Source: Trypanosoma brucei
Taxonomy: Eukaryota
Direction of reading: 5' to 3'
Length of the DNA stretch: 64,000 bases
NCBI GenBank assembly: GCA_000002445.1
Contig: CH464491.1
Location: 4,928,001 to 4,992,000 of the forward strand
In this document: positions 45,215-58,260 of the stretch, in pieces
How positions within the stretch are numbered: position 1 is the stretch's first letter
How the letters are laid out: every line of letters starts with the position of its first letter
The notes under the pieces: model-generated
Told to the model about the DNA's origin: nothing
Seen by the model: only the letters and a program-made list of their open reading frames with translations
Databases searched by the model: none
Made by a program: the position numbers and the translations under genes

Positions 45215-46854
45215 ATGTTTCAAGAGGTAGTAACAGCCATTATCTTTGCGGTAAGTTCAGCACAAGCGGCGCACGAAAACGTCAAAGAGATCAGAGATAT
45301 GTGCGGTCTATACGGACTTCTAATACAGCCCATAGCTGACTCACAGATTGTTTCCACGGACGGCACAACAAAAGAGAACCCAAGAGTGGAAATGCAAACG
45401 GTAATAAGGAAGAGTATCGACTTCAACCTAACATTTATAGCAAAACGAATAGCAGAGGCTCTCGCGCCAAAGAAACATGCACAAGACACTAACAAACTTA
45501 AAACAGAGCAATCAGATGTTCAAGTTTAATTTATAGGTCCATATCCCGCGACAATCAGAATTATGATTGAATCCTCAAAGGACCTGGTCGACAAAATGAA
45601 ACCTAGTGGCGATGTAGCCAAGAAATTTGCGTTGCAGCTCCACCCAGCGACCCAACTCAAACTACGAAAGGCTCTCGCTCACTTGACGACGGAAGCCCTA
45701 AAGAAGCAAGCAAGTTTAAATACTCTTCTGGGCACTATCACGGGAAAAAAACTGGCAATCCGGCAGAAAATGGTAGAGGCGCTCTACGGCCTGCAGCAAA
45801 ACCGGAACAGTCTGTCTCCGACATGGCGGTAGACACGCCCTACATAGTGGTACTGGTACCGACCGCATTCCAGCGGGAAGGCACTGACAGAGACAACACC
45901 TGTGAGAAAGCGGCGACATCATTCGCGAAGAAAGCAGGGTACGAATCAGCGACGGATATAATTTGCTTCTGTTCAGTACAAGCCAACAACGGTTGCAACA
46001 ACATTTGCGGCGAGGGAAGCAGCGAAAGCAACGCTATCCACAGCAGCGGTCAGGTACAAAAGGCAACAGAAGTGTGGACCACTATAGTCAAACAATGTGA
46101 CGCATTAAACGGGGGCAAACCGCCGCTATTAACACCGGCAGCCCTAACAGCAGAAGTAACAGCAATTTTTAGTCACCTAGAAAAAAACTACATTGCCCTA
46201 ACAGGGCCACCGACACACACCACCCTGGTAGGCAAACGCAGGCATTTCCTAGGGTTTCACACCATATACAACAGCTGACCGAGCTGCAAAGCTCCAGCAA
46301 ATACGGCAACCACAGCCGGCAAAGGGGTTTGCATTGACTACTCAGCCAAATGAGGGACGCAAAGGGAATACCATGGGTGGCATTAGTCAAACAAGCTGCT
46401 GGCGATTTAGAAGCGACACAAACAAACATCGGAGCAGCCAAGGAGCTAGTAGGCCTGGCAGAATCGATAAGAACAACCATGAAGGGGCTTTTTCAGATCG
46501 AGCCCTTTGTTAGCACTCATTCTTGCTCTCTGACAGCAAATGCTGACATAAGCCCTGAGCCTACAACAACTCTCCAACATAAATGCAAAGCGAAAAACAC
46601 AACAGCTGACGAATGCCCAAGCAAGCACTGAAATTATGACAAAGATAAGGGATGTACACCTAAAGCATGAGCAACAACCGCAACAGGAACAAGAATAGGG
46701 GATGGAGATACAGGGAGAGCAACAACGGAGAATGTAGGACTCACCGCAGGAGCCAAAGCTGCATGCGGTTGTATTGAAGAAAAGTGCAAAGATTCCAGTA
46801 TTCTTGTCAATAAGAAATTGGATTTTATGGCTTATGTCTTTGTTACTTTGGTAT
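45215..46854 (+). pseudogene. VSG: VSG pseudogene with multiple frameshifts
   Basis: Signal peptide MFQEVVTAIIFAVSSAQAAHENVKEIRDMCGLYGLL. ORF pieces 45215..45529, 45563..45832, 45823..46278 (…DIICFCSVQANNGCNNICGEG) and 46350..46631. The tail reads GAKAACGCIEEKCKDSSILVNKKLDFMAYVFVTLV*. Confidence 0.75.
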
Positions 46855-47100
46855 AATTTTAAAATTATAAGAATATTTTGGTGAATGTTATGAAATTAGT
46901 AAAATTTGATATATTTAACACTTCTTAATAAAATGTACAAATTCGTGAAATCATTGAAATTTTAAAAACATGGGAATTTGGAATTTTAGTGAAATGGGTA
47001 TGATAGTCACCACTGGGTATAAAGTATTACGGTGATAGGGTACGAAATATGAGTGATATTATAAAAGCTTTTAAATTATACTATACATTAGTTATGGTTA

Positions 47101-47170
47101 TAGTAATAATAATGATATTCATGGGAGCTTTATATGAGTGTGCGCATACTAATATTATAATAAGAGCAAT
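47101..47170 (+). repeat. 70-bp repeat unit. It is the last plus-oriented unit and has no VSG downstream
   Basis: agtaataataatgatattcatgggagctttatatgagtgtgcgcatactaatattataataagagc. Confidence 0.75.
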
Positions 47171-47759
47171 GGTAAAGATTAACAATACAGACACAACATA
47201 GGCACCTATAATATTGAAAAGGGTGAAACAGGAGTAAATGACTTGGGGAAGTGGGAGAGAGCAAAAATATTGTTATTAAGGGAGAAAAAAGTAAATTGAA
47301 TATTTGAATTTTCAAGCACTTATACTACCATGGAAATAATTATACACAAGAAAATGAGGGATAGTGTAAAGAGTTAGACAGAGTGCTGTGCACAGGCAAA
47401 AAGAACCCGCTACGTTATCCGTGAAAGGAGAGGCAGAAGATGGAAAGGAAGGAAAGAAAATTTGGAATATATTGAAAAGGTACACGACACTACAATACAG
47501 AGGGGAAAAAAGAATAGGATGGGATGATGATTCATATTTCACTCAAAAATTGGTTGATACTTCTTCAGCGATGGTTGAGACTGTCGTTTTTGATATGGTG
47601 GAAGATCCTAATGTCTCGTTGTGAAGAAGCAGAAATAGGAAAAAATTGGGTAAGAGTGAGATAATAAAGAAGCCTTCTCACAAGTTATAAAAAACAGACA
47701 CTAACAGTTGTGTGAAACAGCGCAGTATTATTTGAAAGAGGATTTAAAAATAGAGCTAC

Positions 47760-48800
47760 TAATGAACTATTGATGATAGTGAGGGGAAAGAAGCAGAACT
47801 GTTTAACATAGAAGATACATGCAGAGATGGAAGAATTGTGAGGGAGGGGGGAATAGGGGGTGGGTGTGAGGGTTGGAGCTGTGGGAGGGGGGGGGAAGGA
47901 TTAAGGTGGGGGGGGGTGCGGGGTAGTGGGGGGGGAAGGGAAGTGGGGGTGAGGGGGGAGGTGGTAGGGTGAGGGGGGAGGGGGGAGCAGGCGGCGAGTG
48001 TGGGGGGTGGTCGGGGGTGATGGGATGCGGTGAGGAGTGGAGAACCGCGCTGTGGCGTGAGGGTGGGGGGAGTTGTGGGGTGAGCTGGGGAGGAGGGGCA
48101 GCGGTGGGTGGAGATGCGGTGGGGGGAGTAGGTGCGGGCACGCCGTGGTGGGTAGGGGCGGGAAGCAGAGGTGAGAGGATGAGAGGATGAGTAGGAGAGT
48201 GAGAGAGTGAGGAGGTCTGATGAGGGGAGGGGACGTAGCAGAGAGAGGAGCGAGGGCGGCGGTGTGGCGAGGGAAGCAGAGATAGGTGAGGCAAGGAAGC
48301 GACCGCCAGGAAGGGGCTGGGAGCGCGTGGAGTTGGTAGTGCGGAGATATGAGCGGAGGGAGGGAAGAGTGACGGCGACGCGGCCTGGGTGAGAGTGCGA
48401 GGGGGTGAGCGAGAAGGGNGTGGGAGAGGTATAGTACAGGCGTCTGAGGAAGACGGCTGCAGAGTCACGTAGGAGGAGCTGACTATGATCCTGCTCAGGT
48501 GCTGGAGTGCGAGGATCGGAGATAGTCGCGGAACGAGTAGTGGTGTGAGTGCTGGAGCGCGAGAGGAAGTGTTGAGGAGGGGCAATNTGGAGTCGTGACA
48601 GCGNTGGTGCGGGCACGAGTAGTAAGAGCAGCGCGTAGCGAGTGAGACACCATCCACGAGCGATGTCTGGAGTAATGCGNCACGCGAGCGGTGCCGAGGT
48701 ACAGAGGCGTAATGTAGAATATTGGAGACCGTAGCGCGTCTGGGAGGGTTGCGTAAGCGGCGGCGTGTTNACGGCGTAAGGAGNGTGGGCGGTGTTCACG
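47760..48800 (+). repeat. Purine/G-rich low-complexity tract (GGGTGAGGGGGGAGG... grading into GAG/GTG-rich) containing scattered N base calls. A 100-N gap follows at 49083-49182
   Basis: gggggaatagggggtgggtgtgagggttggagctgtgggaggggggggaagg...; single n calls at 48420, 48587, 48604, 48680 and elsewhere. The long Pro-rich ORFs on the minus strand are translation artefacts of this tract. Confidence 0.6.
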
Positions 48801-49289
48801 GCGATGAAGATAGCCAGATAGGTAGGGCAGNTTCTACAGAGAGAGTCATGGGCATGTGACTGAGAGCGAGACGAGTGAGAGGAGTCTTGTATACACGAGA
48901 GGGTGAGAGGGCGAGCGCGAAGGTTGATGCGGTGAAGTGGATCTAGGAGATACGTACATGATGTAGTGCGAGTAGAGTCTTCGCGTATATGTAAGCAGCT
49001 AGAGATGCCAAGGACAAACTATATGAGGGTTGGCAGGAGAGAGTTATGTCGATAGATGAGTGAATAGAGATCAGTGGAGAGGNNNNNNNNNNNNNNNNNN
49101 NNNNNNNNNNNNNNNNNNNNNNNNNNNNNNNNNNNNNNNNNNNNNNNNNNNNNNNNNNNNNNNNNNNNNNNNNNNNNNNNNNTATTCTATAAAAAGTTTA
49201 AAAAATTCTACGAACAACAATTATTATAAAATTTCATAAATTTCATAACATTGACCAAACATTCTTAAAATTTTATAATGCAAAAACGA

Positions 49290-50834
49290 TTACAAATCCG
49301 CAAAAGCATCAGCCATCAGAACAGGTTTCTTATTTACGAGAAAAATGGAATTCTTGCAAGCATTATTTTCCAATTTGCATTCAGGAGCCTTTTCGCAGTC
49401 TTTTTGTTCTTTTCCTGTGCACTTTGAGTCAGTTTTTTTATCTTTTTCTTCATTCTCTTTTTCCTTTTCTGGCTCAGCTTTCACCTCCTTTTTCAACTCA
49501 CACTTTTTGCCCTCGTTTCCTTTGGGGTTAAAAACGCACCCATCTTTGGCTAGTTTTTTGCACGCTTCTTCGTCGTCCTTGCCTTTGGTATTGCATTCCT
49601 TCTCCTTTTCTTCTGTAGATATTGTGTCCGACGCGTGTTTCGCTTTTTCCTGTAGTTTCTGCATTCGGTTTTGAATTGCCTGCTCGCGCGCCGACCTGTA
49701 GTGAAAGTATAGGTGCATTAGGATATGAATGCTAGTGATCTTACCGAGTGTGTCGTCAGCTGGGCTTGGCCGCAGGTTATCATGTATTTGGTATGCGTCC
49801 ACTGCTTCAAATAAAGCTTTCTTCGCGTTGTCATCGTTCACGTATGCGTTTGTTATCTTCTCTTCCAGTTGTGTATCGCCGTCTGTCTCCGTCAGCTTTT
49901 TGCCAAGTAAATACCGTCGGGCTGGGCCTTTGAAGTCCTGGTGTGCTTTGAGTTCGGCGATCGTCTTTATGCTGGTCGCTGCCTCTTTTGCGGGCACCGC
50001 TGTTACTGCTTCGATCGCCTTCCCTAAGTACGGGCTGGCTGTTGTTGCGTCCTGCAGTGTGTCGTGTTTCGGTATTTTAAAGCCCGTGGCATCTACTGTG
50101 AAGTAGCCGGCCGCTAACTTAGGCACGTGACCCGCTACGTCGTTGCCTCTGCTGCCGTACGTTAGCTTGAAGCTCGATTGTGGTTGTGATATGTCGCAGT
50201 CTGTGCCCTGCCCGCTGTGTATCGTCTGACCATTCTCTTGGCCGCCGCTGTTGGTGTGCTTGATCCCTGTTGCTGTTATAACGCTGGTGGTTGTTTTTTC
50301 GTTTTTGACCTCGTCCCACGACATCTTGCACGTCGGTTGTTCCCTGTAGAGCTGTTGTTTGCCAACGATGACGGCGGTTGTGCCTGCGGCTGCTTGGAGG
50401 CAGCCTTTGTTGTCAGCCGACGCGTCGGCTTGACTTTCAAGGAATTCGCTAATGGCCCCTTGCAGACGCCCTATGTTTCGCGCTGCTGTTACTACCGCTT
50501 TGGCTTCTGTTTGTTGTATCCTCGCAGCTGCTCTGCCCGCTACCTCAGCATATAGCGACCAGACTGCCATTGTCGCATTGCTTAGTGGCTGGCCGCCTGT
50601 TGCTTCGTTATACACGAGTGCCCGCAGCAAGCGTTGCAGCGCTGTTTCACCATCTCGGGCATTTTGTATCAGGTTTTGCAGCAGGTTCGCGGCTAATTTC
50701 TCTGAGTCAGCTGTAATAGAGCATAGGGGTGTCCAGCTGGCTCCTTTTACAACATCGCCAGCTGTCGCGCTGGCATGTCTTTGCATTGCAGCAGTCAGCG
50801 TTAGGATCAGAGCGGCCGCTGTCGTTGTGTGCAT
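49290..50834 (-). CDS. VSG: VSG, complete 514-aa ORF with signal peptide. The GPI-signal tail is atypical (…CKNSIFLVNKKPVLMADAFADL*), so it is possibly defective
   Basis: MHTTTAAALILTLTAAMQRHASATAGDVVKGASWTPLCSITADSEKLAANLL... The C-terminal domain has multiple CxxxC repeats. This is the first VSG of the minus-oriented block. Confidence 0.75.
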   Translation of the reverse strand: MHTTTAAALILTLTAAMQRHASATAGDVVKGASWTPLCSITADSEKLAANLLQNLIQNARDGETALQRLLRALVYNEATGGQPLSNATMAVWSLYAEVAGRAAARIQQTEAKAVVTAARNIGRLQGAISEFLESQADASADNKGCLQAAAGTTAVIVGKQQLYREQPTCKMSWDEVKNEKTTTSVITATGIKHTNSGGQENGQTIHSGQGTDCDISQPQSSFKLTYGSRGNDVAGHVPKLAAGYFTVDATGFKIPKHDTLQDATTASPYLGKAIEAVTAVPAKEAATSIKTIAELKAHQDFKGPARRYLLGKKLTETDGDTQLEEKITNAYVNDDNAKKALFEAVDAYQIHDNLRPSPADDTLGKITSIHILMHLYFHYRSAREQAIQNRMQKLQEKAKHASDTISTEEKEKECNTKGKDDEEACKKLAKDGCVFNPKGNEGKKCELKKEVKAEPEKEKENEEKDKKTDSKCTGKEQKDCEKAPECKLENNACKNSIFLVNKKPVLMADAFADL

Positions 50835-51414
50835 TGTTTTCCTGTCAGAACTTCTTGTAAATAAAGAAGAAAACGTTGAATAAGATCTTTTGGTGCTTGG
50901 AACTGTGTACTGTTATGCGCATCGTCGTGCAGTCGCTACAGAAACCTCGTCATTACCACTTTTTTCTTCCTAACCCTGGAGTTCAGACCATTTTGAGTGT
51001 TTCTTTGCATCAGCCGGCCTTCAGTCCTTATAATTTAGCATTTCTCACCTCTTATGTATTGAAAAATCCAGTATTGGGTATCGTGCGTATGCTTGTCGAG
51101 GTGGTTTGTCTTGCGTATGGCAAATACAAATTAAAGATAAAACACTCTTTTTTCCATTTCGCTGGTATCTCCCCTTCCACCCCTCTAGTCTCTCTATTAT
51201 AAACATCTTTAATTTCATACACTTCAAACCTTAAACACAACAGGGACGTTTCAGCAGAACCCATTTCTCTCAGCAGTATTTTAGTAACTCATATGACTTC
51301 TTTTTTAAACCAAAATTGACAGGACTGCAGGTGGTTACCTTTCTGGTCCATTTCATCCTTACCATTGCTTTAAACACATCGATACTAATATTTTACCTAG
51401 TCTTCATAATCACT

Positions 51415-51590
51415 ATCCTTATTATAATATTCGTATATGCATACTCACAACACTCTCCTATCATCATCATTATTATCATTATTAATATTACTACTGCTCT
51501 TATTATAATATTTGCATATACACACTCACAACACTCTCCTCTTATTATCAATATTATTTTAACTATTAATATTATTATGACCGTAACTAA
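51415..51590 (-). repeat. 70-bp repeats (about 2 units), minus orientation
   Basis: catactcacaacactctcctatcatcatcattattatcattattaat...cacactcacaacactctcctcttattatc is the reverse complement of the GGAGAGTGTTGTGAGTGTG core. Confidence 0.8.
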
Positions 51591-51810
51591 TATCCATAAA
51601 ATAATTGAAGTGACAAAATTTGAATGGCACTCATTTTCCTTACCATATCATCATATTAATACAGACTTATAGCCTTCTATCATACAGATTTTACTAAATT
51701 CTCATAATATCTAGAAAAGTTTAAATGTTTGACAAAACGTGCTGAAGTATATCAAATTATAAAAAATTTAAACAAACTCTTTTCACGAAAAGGAAAATTA
51801 ATAACTTTCA

Positions 51811-53390
51811 TAAAGTCCTTAAAAAACTGCTAATTTCACAAAAGCGGCATCCATCAGAGTAAATTTCTTATTGAGGAGAAAACTAAAATTTCTGCACTTC
51901 TCTGTATTCTTATCATCTTCGCCATCTTTTCCCTTTCTCCACGCACAATTTGATTTGCCATATTTTTTGTCATTTTAACAAATCTCTTTCGTGTTATAGT
52001 CATAATTTTTTACACTACCTTCTGTCTTTTCAGTCTCTTTGTTTGCTTGCACAACTGGACTTTTTTGATTTTCTTCGCCTTTGTTAGTTGTTTCATTATA
52101 TTTGTAATCCGCTTCGGGTTTGCACTCCGGTTTTTCTAGCGTTGTGCAGTCTTTTTTTGTTCCATGTTTTTGTGCCTGTTCGGTTGTTCCAGATTTTTGT
52201 TGGATCTGCGTGGTGCCATCTACTGATAGGATGGCGTACAGTTGGTGTGCTTGTTTTTGTAATGTTTTTATCCGCTGTCTGTAGGCTATATTGTCGTCAC
52301 ATGCTTTTTGCCATGCTGCTGCTGCGTTCGCCGCGTTGGTAAGCTCGTCGTACCAAGCTATTTTGTCCGCTGTGGGGTCCGGCTTCAGTGCCGACCCATA
52401 GTCAACGCAGCGGGCTGCATGTGCCGCTCCACAGTCGCCGTTATTGTCCGTACCTAGGTATGCCGTGGTTTTTGATTCGCCGTCGAGGCTCGGGTCACCT
52501 TTTAGTTTACTTAAAAACTTGGTTTGTATTGTTCGCAGGGTATGTTCCGAAAGCTGTGGTTTCGGTCGGTGCTTGCATACCGACTTTATTGCGGCCCATG
52601 TCGCTGCTTTGTGCGTTGTCCCGAGCGTCGCCCAGGTTCCGCCTTTAGCTGCTGTTGTATCGAATCCGCAGGGCTTCGCCGCCGCGTGACTATTGTCCAC
52701 AGCGCACAAGCAAAAAAGGTCTCCCACTATGGATTTGCCGGCAGACGGCGTGGCGCAGTCGGCGTTTCTTGTGTTTAATGCTCCCATTGTTTTGCCATCG
52801 GTCCCGTCAGTTTTGCCTGCCCCTTTGCCATACAATGCCGCTTTGACTGCTGCCGTTATTGCATTGTTGTCTTTGACAAGCTTCGGTCGGACATTTGAGT
52901 TGTATTCGCGCAGCGCCGCTTCCGCTTCGGCTGCTAGCAGCTGCAGGTTTGCGATATACCTAGATGCTCCTGCCCGGTGTTTTTTCAGGTTGCCCGGGTT
53001 TAGATGCGGTTCAGTTGTGACCCTCTTCAGCAAATTGGCTTTGGCTTTCGTCCACTTTTTCCAGTTTGCTATGCAACGTCTTTCGTCGCTGCTGCCGCTG
53101 CACCCTTTTGTCTTTGCTGTTGGTTCCTCTTCGGAGTATTCCTTTGGAAATTTGTTGTAACGGCTGTCTGGTGCGGCGGACACATTAAGCTGTATGATAT
53201 CATTAACTTCTACGTCGGTCACGGCCGCTGCGCAGATTTCAACTGTTGGGTCTGCGTCCTCCAGTAGAACAGCTTCGCACAGGATGCTGAATTCAGCTAT
53301 GTTTACGCCGTCGCCGGCTGTCGCCTCTCCTGGCCACCGCCACAGGTTTAGCGCGAACGTCAGGACGACTTCAATCGCGACACAGTTCAT
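51811..53390 (-). pseudogene. VSG: VSG (A-type), nearly intact. A single frameshift near the C-terminus (around 51975, next to an A-run) separates the 471-aa ORF from an otherwise good C-terminal end
   Basis: MNCVAIEVVLTFALNLWRWPGEATA...DLFCLCAVDNSHAAAKPCGF...CVDYGS...; the next frame reads ...KNTEKCRNFSFLLNKKFTLMDAAFVKLAVF*. Confidence 0.8.
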
Positions 53391-55049
53391 ACTCTACTCT
53401 GCTTGAGTATTGTTTCTAGGTCGGTTTCGTGTTGCTAGTCTTCAAACTTTGTGATAAAGTATGCTGGTGGTTACAACAATGTGGCGGCTTAGTTGTCTTT
53501 TGGAGCGGGGGCGTTCGCTTACCTTATGGTTTTTTACTGGCTCCTCTTGACCGGTTTGTCTCTCAAATGTCGTCTTTCACACATTATTTGCCGCAAATCC
53601 GACGGGTTTGTTCGATATTCTTTAGTTTTGACCTAGTCGCAATCGGTCAGTTTATTACGGTTTCTTGTTTTCTGTTCTTGACTCATTCCACCGCAGTATT
53701 TTTCCTTCTTTTTCAGTTTTCCTTAGTGGTGCCGTTGTCGCTTCTTCTCCTGTCTGCATAGGGACTTTAACGACAGGTTGTGCATGCTTTTGATAAGGGT
53801 ACCTTCTTATTATCCTTTTCTCCTGCATCTCTTTTGCTGCTACAAGTGTTTTGTCACTTGCGTCGCCTCATTTTGATCGGTTTTTCAGCGACCCCACTAA
53901 ATAGGATTTTTCCTCCGCTTGCTGTGTATAGGTATGTGCTTTGCATGACACTTTGTGCGTTCACAAAAAAGCACCCACCGAGTTAGGATTGTTTTTGATT
54001 TAGGGGCATTTGCTTGTTCGCCTATGTTATTGGGTTAGAAAAACCGCATACGTCTCTAAATTTGTTTTAACTTTCGTCTGCTCCTCAGAAAATTGTGGAT
54101 GCGTTTGGTATGATGAGTAATGTGCCTAATAAAATCTTTCATGCTACTACTCTCATAGCTGTGTTGCGGTCTGTAAATAAAGAAAATCCGTAAAATTCGA
54201 AGTATAAAAAAAGTTTCACCACTTATGATAAAAATAAAAAATAGTGCACTTCGGTTGTATAAATTTAACGCTGACACGTGAAAAACGTACTTTAGTTGAG
54301 TAATTGTAGCTTTAAATTCCACTCCATGCCGCTATATATCTATATCAACATCTAAAATCTATTATTTATGACCGCTATGTGCTTTTAATGTGCCTCAAAT
54401 CCTGCCGCCATGATGCATCTTCAATGTAGATATAACACTGACACTTCGGTGGTATACATGATTTTGAGCATTTCGTATTCTTATATTGTATTAGCACAGG
54501 TCTCTCCTGTTTCTTGATCAGAAATAGTGGTCTTAAATGCACTCTATTTTCTTGAAATATCTTAACACATACAATCAATTTAGTGTCACTGACTATTATA
54601 ATGAATTATTCGTGTCTTGAATAGGTCTAACTTCTTACCATTGAATCATTGTGGGAAAGAAAAGTATCATTTGAAACTGTCTGTACTTCAGAAAGCACTT
54701 TTGCGGCCCTCCACCTGCCGTTTCTCATCATTAAGTTGTTCCTTCTGATTTTAACGCTAGATAGCGGAATATGCTGTTGGTATCGTTGTGTACAACGTAG
54801 TAACCCCACTATCTCCGGCATTTGTGCACTGTAGTGCCATGATAAGGACCTCCATATTTTTTTAGCATAATGATAACTTGCCATTTTTGCCGTTTGACAG
54901 TGCGTATGATCCACTCTCCTCTCTGCATTCTGTTTTATGATAATATTTCTGATCGCCCCAACTCATTCTTTATTACTTACTCAAATTACACCAATGACAT
55001 AGCTTTTAGTGCTTCCTTTTTCCTTTCCATTTTGTCTTCACAACCAATC

Positions 55050-55220
55050 TTATTATAATATTCTTATATACACACCCACAACACTATCCTGTTATTATTA
55101 TCATTATTATTATTATTATTATTATCATTACTGCTCTTATTATAGTATTCGTGTATATACACACTCACAACACTCTTCTGTTGTCATTACATCATTTTTT
55201 ATCATTATTACTGTTATAAC
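55050..55220 (-). repeat. 70-bp repeats (about 2 units), minus orientation
   Basis: cacacccacaacactatcctgttattattatcattattattattatt...cacactcacaacactcttctgttgtcattac. Confidence 0.8.
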
Positions 55221-55486
55221 CCTAGCTAATATTCATAAAATCATAAAGTGACACAATTATAAAATTTCAAAATAGCACTCATTTTCCGTGCCCTATCACC
55301 TTACTACTTTGCGCCTATAGACCACTATCTTAGCAAAATTTTATATTTTCAAGTCTTTAAAAATTTTCAAATTTTTCCATTTCATTAAAAAAATTATAAT
55401 ATATCAACTTCTAGAAACCTCTCTCAAAATAGCAAATTTTCATAAATTTCATAAAATTAACAAAACTTTCTAAAAGTTTTAGAATG

Positions 55487-56889
55487 CTAGAATGATAACA
55501 AACTCAAAAAAGCAGAAGTTATACTCCGAGAAAATTTCTGATGGACAAGGAAACTACCATTTCGGCACTTTTCTGCATCCTTATCGTCTTCGCCATCTTT
55601 ACCCTTCCTAAATGCACTTCTTTTTGACACCTTCCTCGTCAACCAGCTTGCATGGGGAAGCACATTCATTTTCACCCTTCTTGTTGCAATCTTCTTCCTT
55701 TGTTGTCTGTGCTGATGGTTTTGGTGTAACCGCTGTTGTTAGGTTAGGTAGCTGGATGCCTGTTTTTGCTGCATGTCGTGCGCTTTCTGCTTCTTGTTTT
55801 AATGTTTTTAACTGCTCCCCTACGCTGTTTACCTTAGCGTATGCAAGTCATGCAGCTTCTGTGGTTTGGGCCGCCGCTTCTAGCTGGTTGGCCCATGTGA
55901 TCCCCGTGCCGGTGTCTGCCAGCTGGGCTTTTTAGTTTACGCATTCCTTGTCTCTGCTTCCATCACAGCCACCTGCTGGTGCTTTGCCCAGTATGTACCG
56001 CACTGCATCGTCTTCTTGAGTGTCGGGGTTTGCGCCGATCCTCGCGTAAAACGCCGCTAGCTTTGATCGGATAAGACTCGCTGACAGCACCTGGCTTTTA
56101 GGACCTTTTGGGCATGCAGCTACTATTGCTTTACCTACGGTTGCTGCTGTTGATACTGGATCGCTTCCTACCGGACCGAAGGCTTCTTTGCCACATACTT
56201 TGGTTGGTGGACCTCCTGCCGGCGCACACAGGCAGATCAAGTCGTTTATTATTTACAGCCCAACTGCTGCATTGCCTGTGTTTCCTGCTCCACAATTATT
56301 GCTTTTGGGATTGGCCATGCCAGCCCCATCATAGTCTTTTTTGCCTTTGCTATAAATCGCATCTTTGATATAAGTCATAGCCGCACCGTGGGCTGCCTTT
56401 ACAGTTTCTTTGGCTTCTTTATAGCTTTTTGCTTTTTCTGTGGCTCTCTTGTGTATATTAATGATTGCGACATTGGCAAGCATCTTGTATGGCGTGTCTG
56501 GCACCTGTGCATATGTATCCTGTTTATTCGGGTCTGGCTTCTGTTTTTGCCTTTCCTCTACGTCTTTCAGCCATGCTTGTAATGCTTCTTTTCTTTCGCT
56601 TGTGCCTTCCTTTCCTTCTAGCGTGTTGTCCTTATTTTTAAGCCATGATTCTGTGGCTGTGCCTAGGTTTGTATTGAATATTGAATTTAGTAGGGTGTCC
56701 TCACTGTCAAAAGTATCTTTCCATTCCGGAGGTTCCTCTGCGTCCTTGAGGTTGTAAAGGCTGCAAAGCGCTACGAAGTCTGGCGCGTTATCGCCGTCTG
56801 CTGCACCCACTGTTGGCTCTCTGCACGTCAGACAAAGAATGACGACAGACGCTACCGCAATTGTCGTTATATTTCAGTGCTGCCGCATT
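55487..56889 (-). pseudogene. VSG: VSG pseudogene: an in-frame TGA within the signal-peptide region plus several frameshifts
   Basis: MRQH*NITTIAVASVVILCLTCREPTVGAADGD... (56889 downward); ORFs 56253..56810 and 55932..56240 (DLICLCAPAGGPPTKVCG); 55487..55675 reads ...EKCRNGSFLVHQKFSRSITSAFLSLLSF*. Confidence 0.75.
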
Positions 56890-57495
56890 TCCTCTTTACT
56901 GCGTGTCTTGGCAAATGTCGGCTTGGTTGGGGCTGTCTTAGGTTGTTGGGTTGTTACTAGTCTGTGACAAAACAAATTTTAGGTTGCCGTTTCCTGTTTC
57001 TGTCTGTGGTACGGCTGCCAGTCCAATGTTGCCGCTAATTCCGTAGAGTAGCTTTTTTTTTTGTTGTTGTGGTGTTAAGAAAAACGCAATTAGTTAAGAG
57101 GGGAGCTTGTGCCTAGTGGAGTGTCTTGTGATCTTCTTTTGGCGAGTGCTTTTTCTTCTGTGTGAGGTCACTGTGCGCAGATAGCATGTTGGCACAACGG
57201 TTCCTACGCACTTCTCTGCGGCTTTAGCTTTTGGTCACGGCTGACTGTTCTCTTAATTGCAGATTCTGCAAGCCGTCGTTTATTATTCTGTGAGTTTATC
57301 ACGATTTGGCGGTATTAAACAAATACCTCTCTTTAAACACAAAACCGCAAATATTTCCATAAGCGAAGTTCACTTTCTCTCCACCTATCGCATGTGCTTG
57401 GATATTCCTCAAATATTTCTTACTAAATTTCCCGCTGTGAAATTCCGCGTACCAAGGCATGTTTTGTACAATATTTCTAGCCCGTGCTTCCCATG

Positions 57496-58260
57496 AAAAT
57501 GGCCAAAAAGGAAAATGAATGAATTGACCTTCTCCAAGTCCACACTACACGGAATAGAAAATAATCTTTCTTAATAATCTAATCCAACCGTTCCTCTCCT
57601 CAAAACAAATCTCTGTCCAACAACTTCTTCTTGAATTGCACTTCAAATCGGTTACGGCTTGTAAATACTCTGCTCTGACTACCATTCCTCACTTCCCTTT
57701 AGTAACTCTCCAAACGCATATTCAAATTTCTTAAATGCCCAAACTCTTGCTATCAAACCACCACCACTAAGATAGGTTATTCCACTAGGAGGTGATTTTA
57801 GTAAGTAAGGTAAGTTTTTATCTTCTTCTTTTCTGTAGCCCACATTAAAAAACCAAAAACATCTCTGCACATGCTCATTGTGATCTGAGTTCATAAGCAA
57901 ATCTAACTGAGGCGCATAACACTCTGATGTTGTCATGAACATAATAGGGGAAATATGCTTCTCATTTACTATATCTTCTCCAATAAACTTCTCTTCATTT
58001 TCCGCAGTATTTTGTATAAAATATTCTACAGCATTTTCATACTTCTCTTGATCACTAACAATAACATCAGATCCGTCGGAATGAATTAAAATATCCTCAT
58101 CACTTGCATTCCGTCTTTCCAAAAAAGTCTATTACCCATCTAGGTCTCTCAACATGGCTGTCCAAACCCCCCATTTCAACTGTAATAATTTCAATGTTAC
58201 TTAATTTGGAAATCAATATTAACCTACATCATCCTTGAGTTGCATGAGTATGAACTACAA
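57496..58260 (-). pseudogene. Family-2 conserved subtelomeric ORF, copy 3 (the longest copy: a 147-aa C-terminal ORF plus frameshifted N-terminal part)
   Basis: 57679..58122 reads MERRNASDEDILIHSDGSDVIVSDQEKYENAVEYFIQNTAENEEKFIGEDIVNEKHISPIMFMTTSECYAPQLDLLMNSDHNEHVQRCFWFFNVGYRKEEDKNLPYLLKSPPSGITYLSGGGLIARVWAFKKFEYAFGELLKGSEEW*. Upstream, frameshifted: VVVHTHATQGWCRLILISKLSNIEIITVEMGGLDSHVERPRWV. Confidence 0.55.

Noticed and set aside
47759..48799. 346-aa and 284-aa proline-rich minus-strand ORFs
   Set aside because: They are translations of the G-rich low-complexity tract (C-rich on the minus strand) with ambiguous bases. They are compositional artefacts.
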